NCBI GenBank assembly: GCA_963707215.1
Contig: CAVPPB010000003.1
Coordinates: 1,568,001-1,632,000, forward strand
Length of the DNA: 64,000 bases
DNA from: an uncultured Chloroflexia bacterium
GTDB lineage: Bacteria > Chloroflexota > Limnocylindria > Limnocylindrales > CSP1-4
Direction of reading: 5' to 3'
Both the position numbers and the translations under genes were made by a program. The notes below the pieces were generated by a model, which saw only the letters and a list, made by a program, of their open reading frames with translations, was not told where the DNA came from and ran no database searches. Shown piece after piece: positions 46,241 to 55,012 of the stretch. How positions within the stretch are numbered: position 1 is the first letter of the stretch; each line of letters begins with the position of its first letter.

Positions 46241-47290
46241 ATGCGTCCCGATCGACTGCCTCGTCTCTCCCGCCTCGCCGCCCTCGGCCTCACCGTGGTC
46301 ACGACGCTGGCCGCCTGCAGCGGACCGGCCGGACCCGCGACCCCGGCGGGTGATGCCGGCTGGGAGTTCTCGCCGGTACCCGGTGGCAGCGCAGCGCCAA
46401 GCCAGGCCGCCCCGTCTGCCGTGCCGTCCCCCGAGGGCAGCGGGACGAGCGGGCCCGCCCCGGAGGGCGAGACCGCGTCCGTGCTGATGGTCTCCACGGC
46501 TGTGTGGGCCGATGGAGGCCCGGTCATGGTCGCCCTCGTCGGCGATGGTGGCGGCTCGTTGATCGGGCCCGGAGCGAGCGCCTCGGTCTCGATGACCCCC
46601 CTTGACGGCAGCGGCCCGCCCGTCCGCGCCGGGGCGGTCGTCGTGGCCTCGGAGGGATCGGACCGGGAGGTCCTCTACGCCGAGCTCACGCCGGGCCGGA
46701 CGGGCCGCTGGCGGCTCGACGTCGAAGCCGTGGACGAGGGCCGGACGATCCGGGCCTCGACCGAGGTGGACGTCCTGGGCTCCGGGGCGACGCCGCGGAT
46801 CGGGACCCGCGCCCCGGACGTCACCACGCCCACCCTGGCCGACGTGGGTGGCACGATCGCCCTCGTCACCACGGATCCGCAGCCCGACCCCAGGCTCTCC
46901 ACACGCTCGACCGCCGAGGCCCGGTCGTCGCGGCTGCCGTACGTCCTGGTCATCGACTCGTGGCGCTTCCGGGTCTCGACGGCATGCGGCCTCGCCATCC
47001 CGCTGGCCCGCTACCTGGCCGACAAGTGGGGCGATGACGTCGTCTTCGTCCACCTGGAGCCGTTCCACTACTCGCTGGTCTCGACGACCCCGGTCCTCGA
47101 CACGCCGGACGGCACGCCCCGCCTCAACCCGACGAGCAAGGCCTGGGGGATGGGCGAGGGTCCGTGGCCCCTCGAGGCGATGCCCTGGGCGTTCGTCGTC
47201 GACGGGGACGGGATCGTCCGCTCCAAGGTCACCGGTGTCTTCGGGACGGACGAGATCGACCTGGTCCTGACACGGATCGCCGCCACCTGA
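46241..47290 (+). CDS. Lipoprotein with C-terminal thioredoxin-like domain
   Basis: Lipobox LAAC; V.FVHLE, W...., P.AFVVD.DG.V pattern of Trx-like folds; single Cys in the active-site region. Confidence 0.6.
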   Translation: MRPDRLPRLSRLAALGLTVVTTLAACSGPAGPATPAGDAGWEFSPVPGGSAAPSQAAPSAVPSPEGSGTSGPAPEGETASVLMVSTAVWADGGPVMVALVGDGGGSLIGPGASASVSMTPLDGSGPPVRAGAVVVASEGSDREVLYAELTPGRTGRWRLDVEAVDEGRTIRASTEVDVLGSGATPRIGTRAPDVTTPTLADVGGTIALVTTDPQPDPRLSTRSTAEARSSRLPYVLVIDSWRFRVSTACGLAIPLARYLADKWGDDVVFVHLEPFHYSLVSTTPVLDTPDGTPRLNPTSKAWGMGEGPWPLEAMPWAFVVDGDGIVRSKVTGVFGTDEIDLVLTRIAAT

Positions 47291-47323
47291 GCGACGGACG
47301 GACGGCTCAGGGAGGGACGGCCC

Positions 47324-47755
47324 CTACGCGGGGGACCGGCGGAGGGCCAGGACCGCGACGACCAGCCCCGCGACCACGGTCGTGCCGTAGGCCACGCACC
47401 AGGCGCAGATCGCCTCGATGACGAAGAGCTCCAGGTAGGTCAGGTAGGCCACGCCGAGCGAGCCGAGGATGCCGAGGCCGTAGGCGACCAGGAGCGCTCG
47501 GCGATCCCTCGTGGCCAGCCAGCGCAGCCCCGCCCCGAGGACGACGACGGAGTAGGCCACCCCGTACAGCGCGACCGGCAGACCGAACAACTCGCTGTAC
47601 TCGCTGCCCTGGACGAGCTCGCAGCCACCATCCGGGCCGCAGGCCGGCAGGCCGCCTGCCAGCCGGACGGCAAGGAGATAGGTGGCGATGACCAGGCCGA
47701 CGAGTGGCAGGACGACGAGCAGCAGCCCCAGGGGATCGCGTCGGACGGCGCTCAA
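47324..47755 (-). CDS. Vitamin K epoxide reductase family protein
   Basis: Loop Cys pair (AC....GC..V..S.YS), G.PV...G, CAWC. Confidence 0.9.
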   Translation of the reverse strand: MSAVRRDPLGLLLVVLPLVGLVIATYLLAVRLAGGLPACGPDGGCELVQGSEYSELFGLPVALYGVAYSVVVLGAGLRWLATRDRRALLVAYGLGILGSLGVAYLTYLELFVIEAICAWCVAYGTTVVAGLVVAVLALRRSPA

Positions 47756-47775
47756 TGGAACGGGACGTGGGCCGG

Positions 47776-48582
47776 TTATGGGGCCGACCAGGCGCTCGCC
47801 GCGGCGTCACGGATGAGGGTCGCGAGCTGCTCGTACGGCACGGCGCCCTCGTAGCGCTCGCCGTTCACGGCGATCGTCGGGGTCAGCCGGATGCCGTCGG
47901 CCGCGCCGGCGTCGGTGTCGGCGACGACCTGGTCCTGGACGTCCCCGCGATCCATGCAGGCATTCCAGGCGTCGACGTCGAGGCCCGTCCGCTCGGCGAT
48001 GGCCTCGAGGCGGTCCCTGGCGAACGCACCCTCGTTCTCGCCGCTCTGGTTGGCGAAGAGCCAGTCGTGGAACTGCCAGAACGATCCCTGCTCGCCGGCA
48101 CAGTGCGCTCCGGCCGACGCCTCGACCGATTCGTCATAGGACGAGGCCGAGCGCCGGCCCTGGAAGGCGGCGTCATGGTGGAAGATGCGCAGGGTGCCGT
48201 CGACCACGAACGTCTCGCGGATGAGCGTCTCGGTGTCCCGGGCGAAGACCCCGCAGGCCGGGCACTGGAAGTCGGACCAGACGTCGAGGGTGACCGGGGC
48301 GTCGGCCTGGCCCATGGTGGCGCCGTCGACGACGGCACCGGCCGGGACCGGGCGCTCCGGGGCCAGCAGATCCCCGCCGGCGTTGCCGCCGCCGCCCTGG
48401 GTGAGGACGGCGAAGGCGATGACGACTGCCCCGACGAGCAGGGCGCCGCCGGTGATGAGGACGGTCGGTGACGCCCAGGCCGGCCGGGTCGACGTCTGCT
48501 CCTGGCGGACCCGGCGCTCGCGTCGACCGGCTTGTCGGCGCTCGCGTCGCGTCTGGTAGCTGGGCGGCTGCTTCTGGCTCAG
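47776..48582 (-). CDS. dsbA: Membrane-anchored DsbA-family thiol-disulfide oxidoreductase
   Basis: G..DAPVT....SDFQCPAC, cis-Pro TPT..VNG; the frame extends through a TM helix to a CTG at 48582 with GGAGG SD. Confidence 0.88.
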   Translation of the reverse strand: MSQKQPPSYQTRRERRQAGRRERRVRQEQTSTRPAWASPTVLITGGALLVGAVVIAFAVLTQGGGGNAGGDLLAPERPVPAGAVVDGATMGQADAPVTLDVWSDFQCPACGVFARDTETLIRETFVVDGTLRIFHHDAAFQGRRSASSYDESVEASAGAHCAGEQGSFWQFHDWLFANQSGENEGAFARDRLEAIAERTGLDVDAWNACMDRGDVQDQVVADTDAGAADGIRLTPTIAVNGERYEGAVPYEQLATLIRDAAASAWSAP

Positions 48583-48718
48583 GGTCGGATCCTCCGTGGC
48601 TCGCGGTATGGGCGGGCGCCCGCCATCCTACCGTGCCTGGGCCGGAGCCTCATCGCGCGCGCTTCGCGAGTCGTCAGCGTGGCAGCGGCGCGTGCTCTCG
48701 TGCCCACTCGACAGCATC

Positions 48719-48739
48719 AACTGAGACTGGGTATCATTC
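48719..48739. promoter_or_regulatory. Zur/Fur-type box overlapping the znu promoter
   Basis: TGAGAC-TGG-GTATCA resembles TGAnAA-N3-TTnTCA; overlaps a TATCAT -10 box 8 nt before ATG. Confidence 0.65.
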
Positions 48740-48745
48740 GCCCCC

Positions 48746-49672
48746 ATGTCCCAGCCACCCGTACCGCCCCACCACGCTCCCCCATCCGGCACCCAGACGC
48801 GACGATCGCTGCCCAACGTCAGCGCGGCGATGGACCCAGCCCACGCCCGGGCGCACGCCGATGTCTGGCTCGCCGAGGTGACGGCCGGGTATGAGGACCG
48901 GCCCGTCCTGGAAGGGATCTCGGTGGCCGTCGAGTCGGGAACGCTGCTGGCGGTCGTAGGACCGAACGGGTCCGGCAAGAGCACGCTCCTCAAGGTCATC
49001 GCGGGGCTGCTCCGTCCATGGAGCGGCCGAGTGGAGACCCTGGGCCATCCGCCCGGCCAGCAGGCCCGCCGGGTCGCCTATGTACCCCAGGCCGAGCTCG
49101 TGGACTGGGGCTTTCCCGTGACGGTCGGCGACGTCGTGATGATGGGCCGCTATCCGCGCCTTGGCCCGCTCCGGCGGCCCGGCCCGGAAGATCGGCGAGC
49201 CGTGGCCGAGGCCCTCCGCCAGGTCGGCATGAGCCAGCACACCGGCACCCAGATCGGTCGCCTGTCCGGTGGCCAGCGGCGACGGGTCTTCCTGGCCCGG
49301 GCCCTCGCTGGGCAGCCGGACCTCTACCTGCTCGACGAGCCGGTGACCGGCATCGACGCGACGACCGAGGCCGAGCTGATGGACATCCTGGAGGCCGAGA
49401 CACGTCGGGGCCGAACGGTCATCGCCACGACCCACGACCTTGCCGGCGTCGCCGATCGCTTCCAGCACGTGTTGGCCATCAACCGGCGGGTGATCGCCCA
49501 CGGTCCCGCCTCGCTCATCCTGGACCGGGCGGTCCTGGCCGAGATCTACGGCAGCCACCTGCTGGTCCTCGAGGGAGGGCGGGTCGCCCTCGACGACGCG
49601 CATCACCACGACGAAGCGGCACCCGGCGAGGTCCACTTCCACGACGACCGGCCGAGGGGGGCAGGTCGCTGA
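48746..49672 (+). CDS. znuC: Zn/Mn ABC transporter ATPase
   Basis: GPNGSGKST, YVPQ...DW.FP.TV, LSGGQ, LDEP, THD; His-rich tail. Confidence 0.88.
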   Translation: MSQPPVPPHHAPPSGTQTRRSLPNVSAAMDPAHARAHADVWLAEVTAGYEDRPVLEGISVAVESGTLLAVVGPNGSGKSTLLKVIAGLLRPWSGRVETLGHPPGQQARRVAYVPQAELVDWGFPVTVGDVVMMGRYPRLGPLRRPGPEDRRAVAEALRQVGMSQHTGTQIGRLSGGQRRRVFLARALAGQPDLYLLDEPVTGIDATTEAELMDILEAETRRGRTVIATTHDLAGVADRFQHVLAINRRVIAHGPASLILDRAVLAEIYGSHLLVLEGGRVALDDAHHHDEAAPGEVHFHDDRPRGAGR

Positions 49673-50523
49673 TGGACGCGATCCTCGAGCCGTTGGCGCT
49701 CGCCTTCTTCGTTCGCGCACTGATCGCCTCGGCCATGGTCGGGGTCGTGTGTGCGGTGGTCGGCACCTACGTCGTGCTCCGCGGGATCGCCTTCATGGGC
49801 GATGCCATCAGCCACGCGGCATTTCCCGGTCTCGTGGCGGCCTACCTTCTCCAGGCCCCCTTCTATCTCGGGGCCGGGGTCGCCGCGGTGGCCACGGCGG
49901 TCGGCATCGGCTGGGTCACCCGCCGGGCCCGCATCCGCCAGGAGACCGCGATCGGGGTGCTCTTCGCCGGCACCTTCGCCCTCGGCATCTTCATGTTCAG
50001 CACGATCGAGGGCTACGTCGCCGATCTGTTCAGCTTCCTGTTCGGCAACGTCCTGGCGATCGGGGCCGACGACCTCATGGGACTCCTGGTCCTGGCAGGG
50101 CTCGTCCTGGTGACCGTGGCCGCCCTGTGGAAGGAGCTGCTCTACGCCACCTTCGACCCGCTCGGCGCGGGGGCCTCGGGGTTCCGCGTCGAGTGGCTCG
50201 AGTACATCTTCCTCGGGCTCGTGGCGTTGACGATCGTGGTCAGCCTCCAGGCGGTCGGCATCATCCTGGTCGTGGCGATGCTGGTGACGCCGGCCGCCAC
50301 CGCCCAGCTGCTGACGCTCCGGTTCGGCCGGATGATGTCGCTGGCGATCCTGGTTGGGATCGGCTCGGCGGTCGTGGGTCTGTACCTGTCCTACTGGCTC
50401 GACGTGGCCAGCGGCGCGACCATCGTCCTCGTGGAGACGGCGGCCTTCCTGGTCGCGCTCGGGCTCGGGCCCCGGACCGGTCTCGTCGCGAGGCTTCGCC
50501 GCAACGGTGGGGCAGGCGCATGA
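49672..50523 (+). CDS. znuB: Zn/Mn ABC transporter permease
   Basis: GDAISHAAFPG, LFG..L, FDP, VG.ILV.AMLV.PAATA. Confidence 0.88.
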   Translation: MDAILEPLALAFFVRALIASAMVGVVCAVVGTYVVLRGIAFMGDAISHAAFPGLVAAYLLQAPFYLGAGVAAVATAVGIGWVTRRARIRQETAIGVLFAGTFALGIFMFSTIEGYVADLFSFLFGNVLAIGADDLMGLLVLAGLVLVTVAALWKELLYATFDPLGAGASGFRVEWLEYIFLGLVALTIVVSLQAVGIILVVAMLVTPAATAQLLTLRFGRMMSLAILVGIGSAVVGLYLSYWLDVASGATIVLVETAAFLVALGLGPRTGLVARLRRNGGAGA

Positions 50524-50963
50524 CCGAGCGCGCCGTCCTCATCGACGCCCTCGACCGGGCCGGCTATCGGCTGACCGCGCCGCGCCGCGGGGTCGCCGAG
50601 CTGGTCGCCCGACGGGACGGCCACTTCACGGCGGCCGATATCGTGGGCGACGCGCGTCGTCGTCGTCCGGGCATCGGCCGGGCCACGGTGTTCCGGACGC
50701 TCGACCTGCTCACCGAGGTGGGGGTGGTCGAGCGGGTCGACCTGCCCGACGGGGGACACGCCTACGTCGGATGCGAGCCGAGCCACCACCATCACGTGAT
50801 CTGCACGAACTGCGGGCGGACGGCCGAGGTCGCCGACTGCGGGATGCGGGAGGTGGCCCGCGAGGTCGAGCGGGTCTCCGGCTACCGGGTCGCCAGCCAT
50901 CGCCTGGAGCTCTTCGGGACCTGCCCCGACTGCGGTCCGGACCCGTCGCCCGCCGGCGGCTGA
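50520..50963 (+). CDS. zur: Fur-family regulator, probably Zur
   Basis: RLT..R, H.TA, ATVFRTL, HHHH..CxxC and CxxC; embedded in the metal ABC operon. Confidence 0.85.
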   Translation: MTERAVLIDALDRAGYRLTAPRRGVAELVARRDGHFTAADIVGDARRRRPGIGRATVFRTLDLLTEVGVVERVDLPDGGHAYVGCEPSHHHHVICTNCGRTAEVADCGMREVAREVERVSGYRVASHRLELFGTCPDCGPDPSPAGG

Positions 50964-50999
50964 GCCCGCGCCCCACCCGATCCAGGAGGACCCGTCCCG

Positions 51000-51929
51000 A
51001 TGAACCCCGACCCCACTCGGCGAGCCCGTCGCCCGATCGCGCTCCTGGCCGTCGTCCTGGCCGCGGTCGTCGCCGCCTGCGGCCAGGACTCCACCCCCAG
51101 CGACGACGGCGGCGCCGTCCGTGTCGTCGCCACGACGACCGTCCTGGCCGACCTCGTCCGGCAGGTGGGCGGGGATCGGGTCGAGGTCGCCTCGCTCGTG
51201 CCGGCCGGCGGCGAGGTCCACACCTTCGACCCGACGCCCGGCGATGCCCGGCGCCTCTCCGAAGCCGACCTGATCGTCGTCAACGGACTCGGCCTCGACG
51301 ACTGGGCGGCGGACCTCGCCGAGGACGTCGATGCCGAAGCCTCGATCGTCCACCTGGCCGAGGACCTCGACGGCGTCGAGCTCATCTCCGGCGGTGACGA
51401 GGACCACGGCGGCGTCAATCCGCACCTCTGGCTCGACGTGTCCCTCGCGGTGCGCTACCTGGACCGCATCGCGACCGCCCTTGCCGAGGTCGATCCCGAC
51501 GGGTCCGACGGCTACGAGCGAGGAGCGGCCGACCATGCCTCCCGCCTGGCCGACCTCGACGGCTGGATCCGCGAGCAGCTCGGCGCCATCCCCGCGGCGA
51601 ACCGCCGGGTCGTCTCGTTCCACGACGCCTTCCCGTACTACGCCCGTGCCTACGGACTGGAGATCGTGGGGACGATCGTCGACGCGCCGGGCCAGGATCC
51701 GAGCGCCGGGACGGTCGCCGACCTGATCCGGGCGATCCGGGCCAGCGGGGTGACCGCGATCCTGGCCGAGGCGCAGTTCGACCCGGATCTCGCCGAGACG
51801 ATCGCCGCGGAGACGGATGCGACGGTCGTGACCGACCTCTACACGGATTCCGTCGGCGATCCACCGCTCGACACGTACGCAGCCGCGATGCGCTGGGACA
51901 CCGAGCGGATCATCGAGGCCCTGGAGTAG
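51000..51929 (+). CDS. znuA: Zn/Mn ABC transporter substrate-binding lipoprotein
   Basis: Lipobox VAAC, H.F.PTP, NG.GL, NPHLWLD, HDAF.Y. Confidence 0.88.
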   Translation: MNPDPTRRARRPIALLAVVLAAVVAACGQDSTPSDDGGAVRVVATTTVLADLVRQVGGDRVEVASLVPAGGEVHTFDPTPGDARRLSEADLIVVNGLGLDDWAADLAEDVDAEASIVHLAEDLDGVELISGGDEDHGGVNPHLWLDVSLAVRYLDRIATALAEVDPDGSDGYERGAADHASRLADLDGWIREQLGAIPAANRRVVSFHDAFPYYARAYGLEIVGTIVDAPGQDPSAGTVADLIRAIRASGVTAILAEAQFDPDLAETIAAETDATVVTDLYTDSVGDPPLDTYAAAMRWDTERIIEALE

Positions 51930-52120
51930 GGCGAGCGGCCGACGCGACGGGCACCGAAGTCGCCCGGACCATCGAGCCAGCCCTGCCGATCGAAGGTCCG
52001 GGGCCCAGCTTGAAACCTCGGCGGCCAACCATGCCTCTAGGTAGGCAAGGACCACGACCGCCGGGGGTTTCGAATGTCCAATCCATCAAGGCCGCCCATC
52101 GACGCCGCGCCGGTACGGCC

Positions 52121-52888
52121 ATGAGACTGAGCGGCCGGACTTTCCTCGTCCTCCTCGCGGTGATCGGCCTGGTCGTCATCGCGGCCACCGACCAGGTCGT
52201 CCCGGCGTCCTCGGACCGCCAGGCATCGCTACGGATCTGGCTGGCCGCCCGGGCCGCCGGCATCACGGCCTACCTCCTCCTGACCCTCCAGGTCGTTCTC
52301 GGCCTCCTCCTGTCGCACCCGACGAACCAGGCCAGGTGGAAGCAGGGCAAGCGGGTCTTCCCGTGGCACGAGAACGCCTGGGTCTTCGTCCTCGCCTTCC
52401 TGGGCGCCCATGTCGTCGCGATCGTCGCCGATCCGTGGGCCGGCGTCGGGATCGGCGGGGCGGTCGTTCCCGGCCTGTCCGAGTACCGCAGCTCGGCCGT
52501 GGCCCTCGGGACGATGGCGCTCTACGCCATGCTCGTGACCGGCCTGACCGCCCGCTACACGAAGCGGCTCCCGGCCGGCTGGTGGCTCCGGATCCACCGC
52601 CTCAGCCTGGGCATCTTCGTCCTTGCCTGGCTGCACGGCGTGCTGGCCGGGACCGACAGCACGGCGCTCCTGCCGATGTACCTGGTGACCGGCGGCCTCG
52701 TCCTGGGCAGCGCCGCCTACCGCCACTGGGTCGTCCGACGAGCCCGCGTCGCCGCCCCGGCGGACGCGGCCCGCCCCGCCGCGGCGCCCGGGTCGATCCC
52801 TCCGCTCCGCCACGAGCCGGCCCGACGGGACCCGAGGCCGACCACCCCACAGCTCGAGCCCGTCCCCGTAGAGGTGAGCATCCGATGA
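52121..52888 (+). CDS. Ferric reductase-like transmembrane (heme b) protein
   Basis: ARAAG..AY, His pairs WHE..GAH and W..IH.L....W.HG...GTD. Confidence 0.82.
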   Translation: MRLSGRTFLVLLAVIGLVVIAATDQVVPASSDRQASLRIWLAARAAGITAYLLLTLQVVLGLLLSHPTNQARWKQGKRVFPWHENAWVFVLAFLGAHVVAIVADPWAGVGIGGAVVPGLSEYRSSAVALGTMALYAMLVTGLTARYTKRLPAGWWLRIHRLSLGIFVLAWLHGVLAGTDSTALLPMYLVTGGLVLGSAAYRHWVVRRARVAAPADAARPAAAPGSIPPLRHEPARRDPRPTTPQLEPVPVEVSIR

Positions 52889-53367
52889 ACCGCTTCTCCC
52901 TGGTCATCCGCCGCGGTGGCGTCATCCTCGGTGTCGTCGCCGCCATCGTGCTGGGCGCCGCCTCGATCCGGGCCGCGTCGGCCTGGGCCGAGGCGTCGGC
53001 GCCGTTGACGGTCGAACCGGTGGGAGTCCAGGCGCTTGAAGCCCAGCTGGGGGACGAGCAAGCTCGCTCCGATGCGCTCATGCAGGACCTTGCCAACCTG
53101 GAGGCCGAGACGGAAGCGCTCCGGGCCGCGCTCGCCTCCGCCGACGAGCAGGTCGGGATCGACACGGGCACGGCCGCCGAGCTCGAGGCGAAGCTCGCCG
53201 AGGCGAAGACCCGACTGGCCGATCTCGAGACTCTGGTGGCCCGGGCTGAGCGGCAGCTCCGGGCGACGCTCGCGGCCAGCCAGGCCCGGCCGGCCGCCGC
53301 GCCGGCCAGCGGTGGCGGTGAGCGTGAGGACGACGACGATGATGACGACGAGCACGACGATGACTGA
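52885..53367 (+). CDS. Membrane-anchored or secreted coiled-coil protein with acidic tail
   Basis: N-terminal hydrophobic helix, heptad pattern, C-terminal EREDDDDDDDEHDDD; ATGA overlap. Confidence 0.72.
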   Translation: MNRFSLVIRRGGVILGVVAAIVLGAASIRAASAWAEASAPLTVEPVGVQALEAQLGDEQARSDALMQDLANLEAETEALRAALASADEQVGIDTGTAAELEAKLAEAKTRLADLETLVARAERQLRATLAASQARPAAAPASGGGEREDDDDDDDEHDDD

Positions 53368-53875
53368 CGCCCTGCGCCCTCGCCCCGGCCTGGCGGGCTG
53401 GCCGGCAGGGGATCGGGCCGCGGAGTCGGCGAGACCGGCGAAGGCTGGTGCGCAGACGAAGGAGGCGCGGCGACCGCACCATGTCGGCGTCCTCCTCGGC
53501 CTGTCGGCCGGGGCGTACGCGATCGCCCTGGCCGGCGTGACGGGGCTCCAGTCGGCCACCGACCAGGCCACCATCGCCGTCCGCCAGCCGGCACTGTCGA
53601 CCCTGGAGGCCGTGGCGATCGAGCACGACCGGCTCGAGCGGGAGCTGGAGACGGCTCGCGCCGGCCTGGCCGACGCCGGCGAAGGGTACGAGGCAGCGGC
53701 GGCGCAGGTGGCGGGGCTCCAGGCTCGCCTGGAGTCGCTCGCGGCGACGGTCGGGGAGCTGGAAGGCCAGACGCTGGCCCTGCCGACCAGGATCGGCCTG
53801 CCGACGGCGCCACGGGTCCCGGCGGCGGTGAGCCGGCCGCCCACGCAGGCGACCTCCGGCGCCTCGGGCGGCTAG
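53360..53875 (+). CDS. Membrane-anchored coiled-coil protein with C-terminal SGAS putative flavinylation motif
   Basis: One TM, heptads, Pro-rich linker, ends TQATSGASGG; directly upstream of apbE. Confidence 0.7.
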   Translation: MTDALRPRPGLAGWPAGDRAAESARPAKAGAQTKEARRPHHVGVLLGLSAGAYAIALAGVTGLQSATDQATIAVRQPALSTLEAVAIEHDRLERELETARAGLADAGEGYEAAAAQVAGLQARLESLAATVGELEGQTLALPTRIGLPTAPRVPAAVSRPPTQATSGASGG

Positions 53876-53884
53876 GGGCGATCC

Positions 53885-54992
53885 GTGACGACGGCGGTCG
53901 AGCGAGGGGCAGGAGCCATGAGGGCGGCGGGGACCGAGGCCAGCCGGTCGAGCGTCGCCGCGGACCGGGTCGTCACCGAGTCGCTCGACCGGTCCGGACG
54001 CGGCGTCGGGGTCGGCGATGGCCTGCTCCGGTTCGAGGCCCGGGCGATGGCGTCGCCTCTGCGGCTCACGGTCCCGGCAAGCATCCCGGCCGGGACCGCG
54101 CTGGCCGCCTGGACCGAGGTCCGCGTCGAGTTCGAGGCCGCCGAGCAGGCGATGTCGCGCTTCCGCGAGACGAGCGACCTCAGCGCGGCGAACCGCGCCG
54201 CCCGGCGTGGGCCGATGCTCGCCGTCGACCCGCGGCTCCGGCGGGCCCTGGTCACCGCGGACCGCGCCCACCGCGTCACGGACGGGCGGTTCGACGCCCG
54301 CGTCATCGGGGACCTCGAGCGGCTCGGCTACCGGGGCGCCTGGATCGGGGCCGACGACGGGTCCGCTGGGGCCCGCGTGCCGGGGCGACTGCTGGCCGTC
54401 GAGCGGCCGGCCAGGATCCGCCTGTCCGCACCCGCGGACCTCGGTGGGATCGGCAAGGGTCTCGCCCTTCGGTGGGCGGCCCGGCGGGTCGAGCGCCTGC
54501 TCCCGGCCGGCGTCGGCGCCCTCATCGAGGCCGGCGGAGACCTCGTCGTGACCGGCCAACGGCCACGACCCGGCCCGACCGGAGGCGATGAGCCCGAATT
54601 CGCCGTGGCTGGTGGCGATCGAGGATCCCACGGGACGGGATGATGGCCCGGCCGTCCTGGCCGTCTCGTCCGGCGCGGTGGCGACGTCATCGGTCCGCCT
54701 GCGACGTTGGCAGGCCCCCGACGGAGCCCCGGCCCACCACCTCATCGACCCGACGACCGGCCGTCCCGGCGGCGAGGGCCTCCTGGCCGTCACCGTCGCG
54801 ACGTGGGACCCGGCCTGGGCCGAGGTCCGATCGAAGGAGCTGTTCCTCTCGGGGTACCGGCGCATCGGGTCGCTGGCCCGCTCGCTGGGGCTGGCCGCCT
54901 GGTGGATCGACGTCGACGGACGGCTCGAGATGACACCGGCGGCTCGTCAGCGGACCGCCTGGGTGGCCGGAGAGACGGCAGGAGGCGACTGA
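53885..54992 (+). CDS. apbE: FAD:protein FMN transferase ApbE (apparent +1 frameshift near 54570-54600)
   Basis: AM.S, SRFR..S.L, T.G.FD, DLGGIGKG, AGGD in frame 1; W.VAIEDP, VATS, HHLIDP.TG.P in frame 2. Confidence 0.85.
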
Positions 54993-55012
54993 GCCGCGGA
55001 CCGAGGAGGCGG

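Noticed and set aside
52138-52148. GAGGAAAGTCC on the minus strand, the RNase P RNA signature
   Set aside because: Lies inside the ferric-reductase-like CDS and none of the downstream conserved RNase P segments follow
53329-53364. GAC/GAT trinucleotide run
   Set aside because: Encodes the Asp-rich protein tail with mixed codons; not a phase-variable repeat
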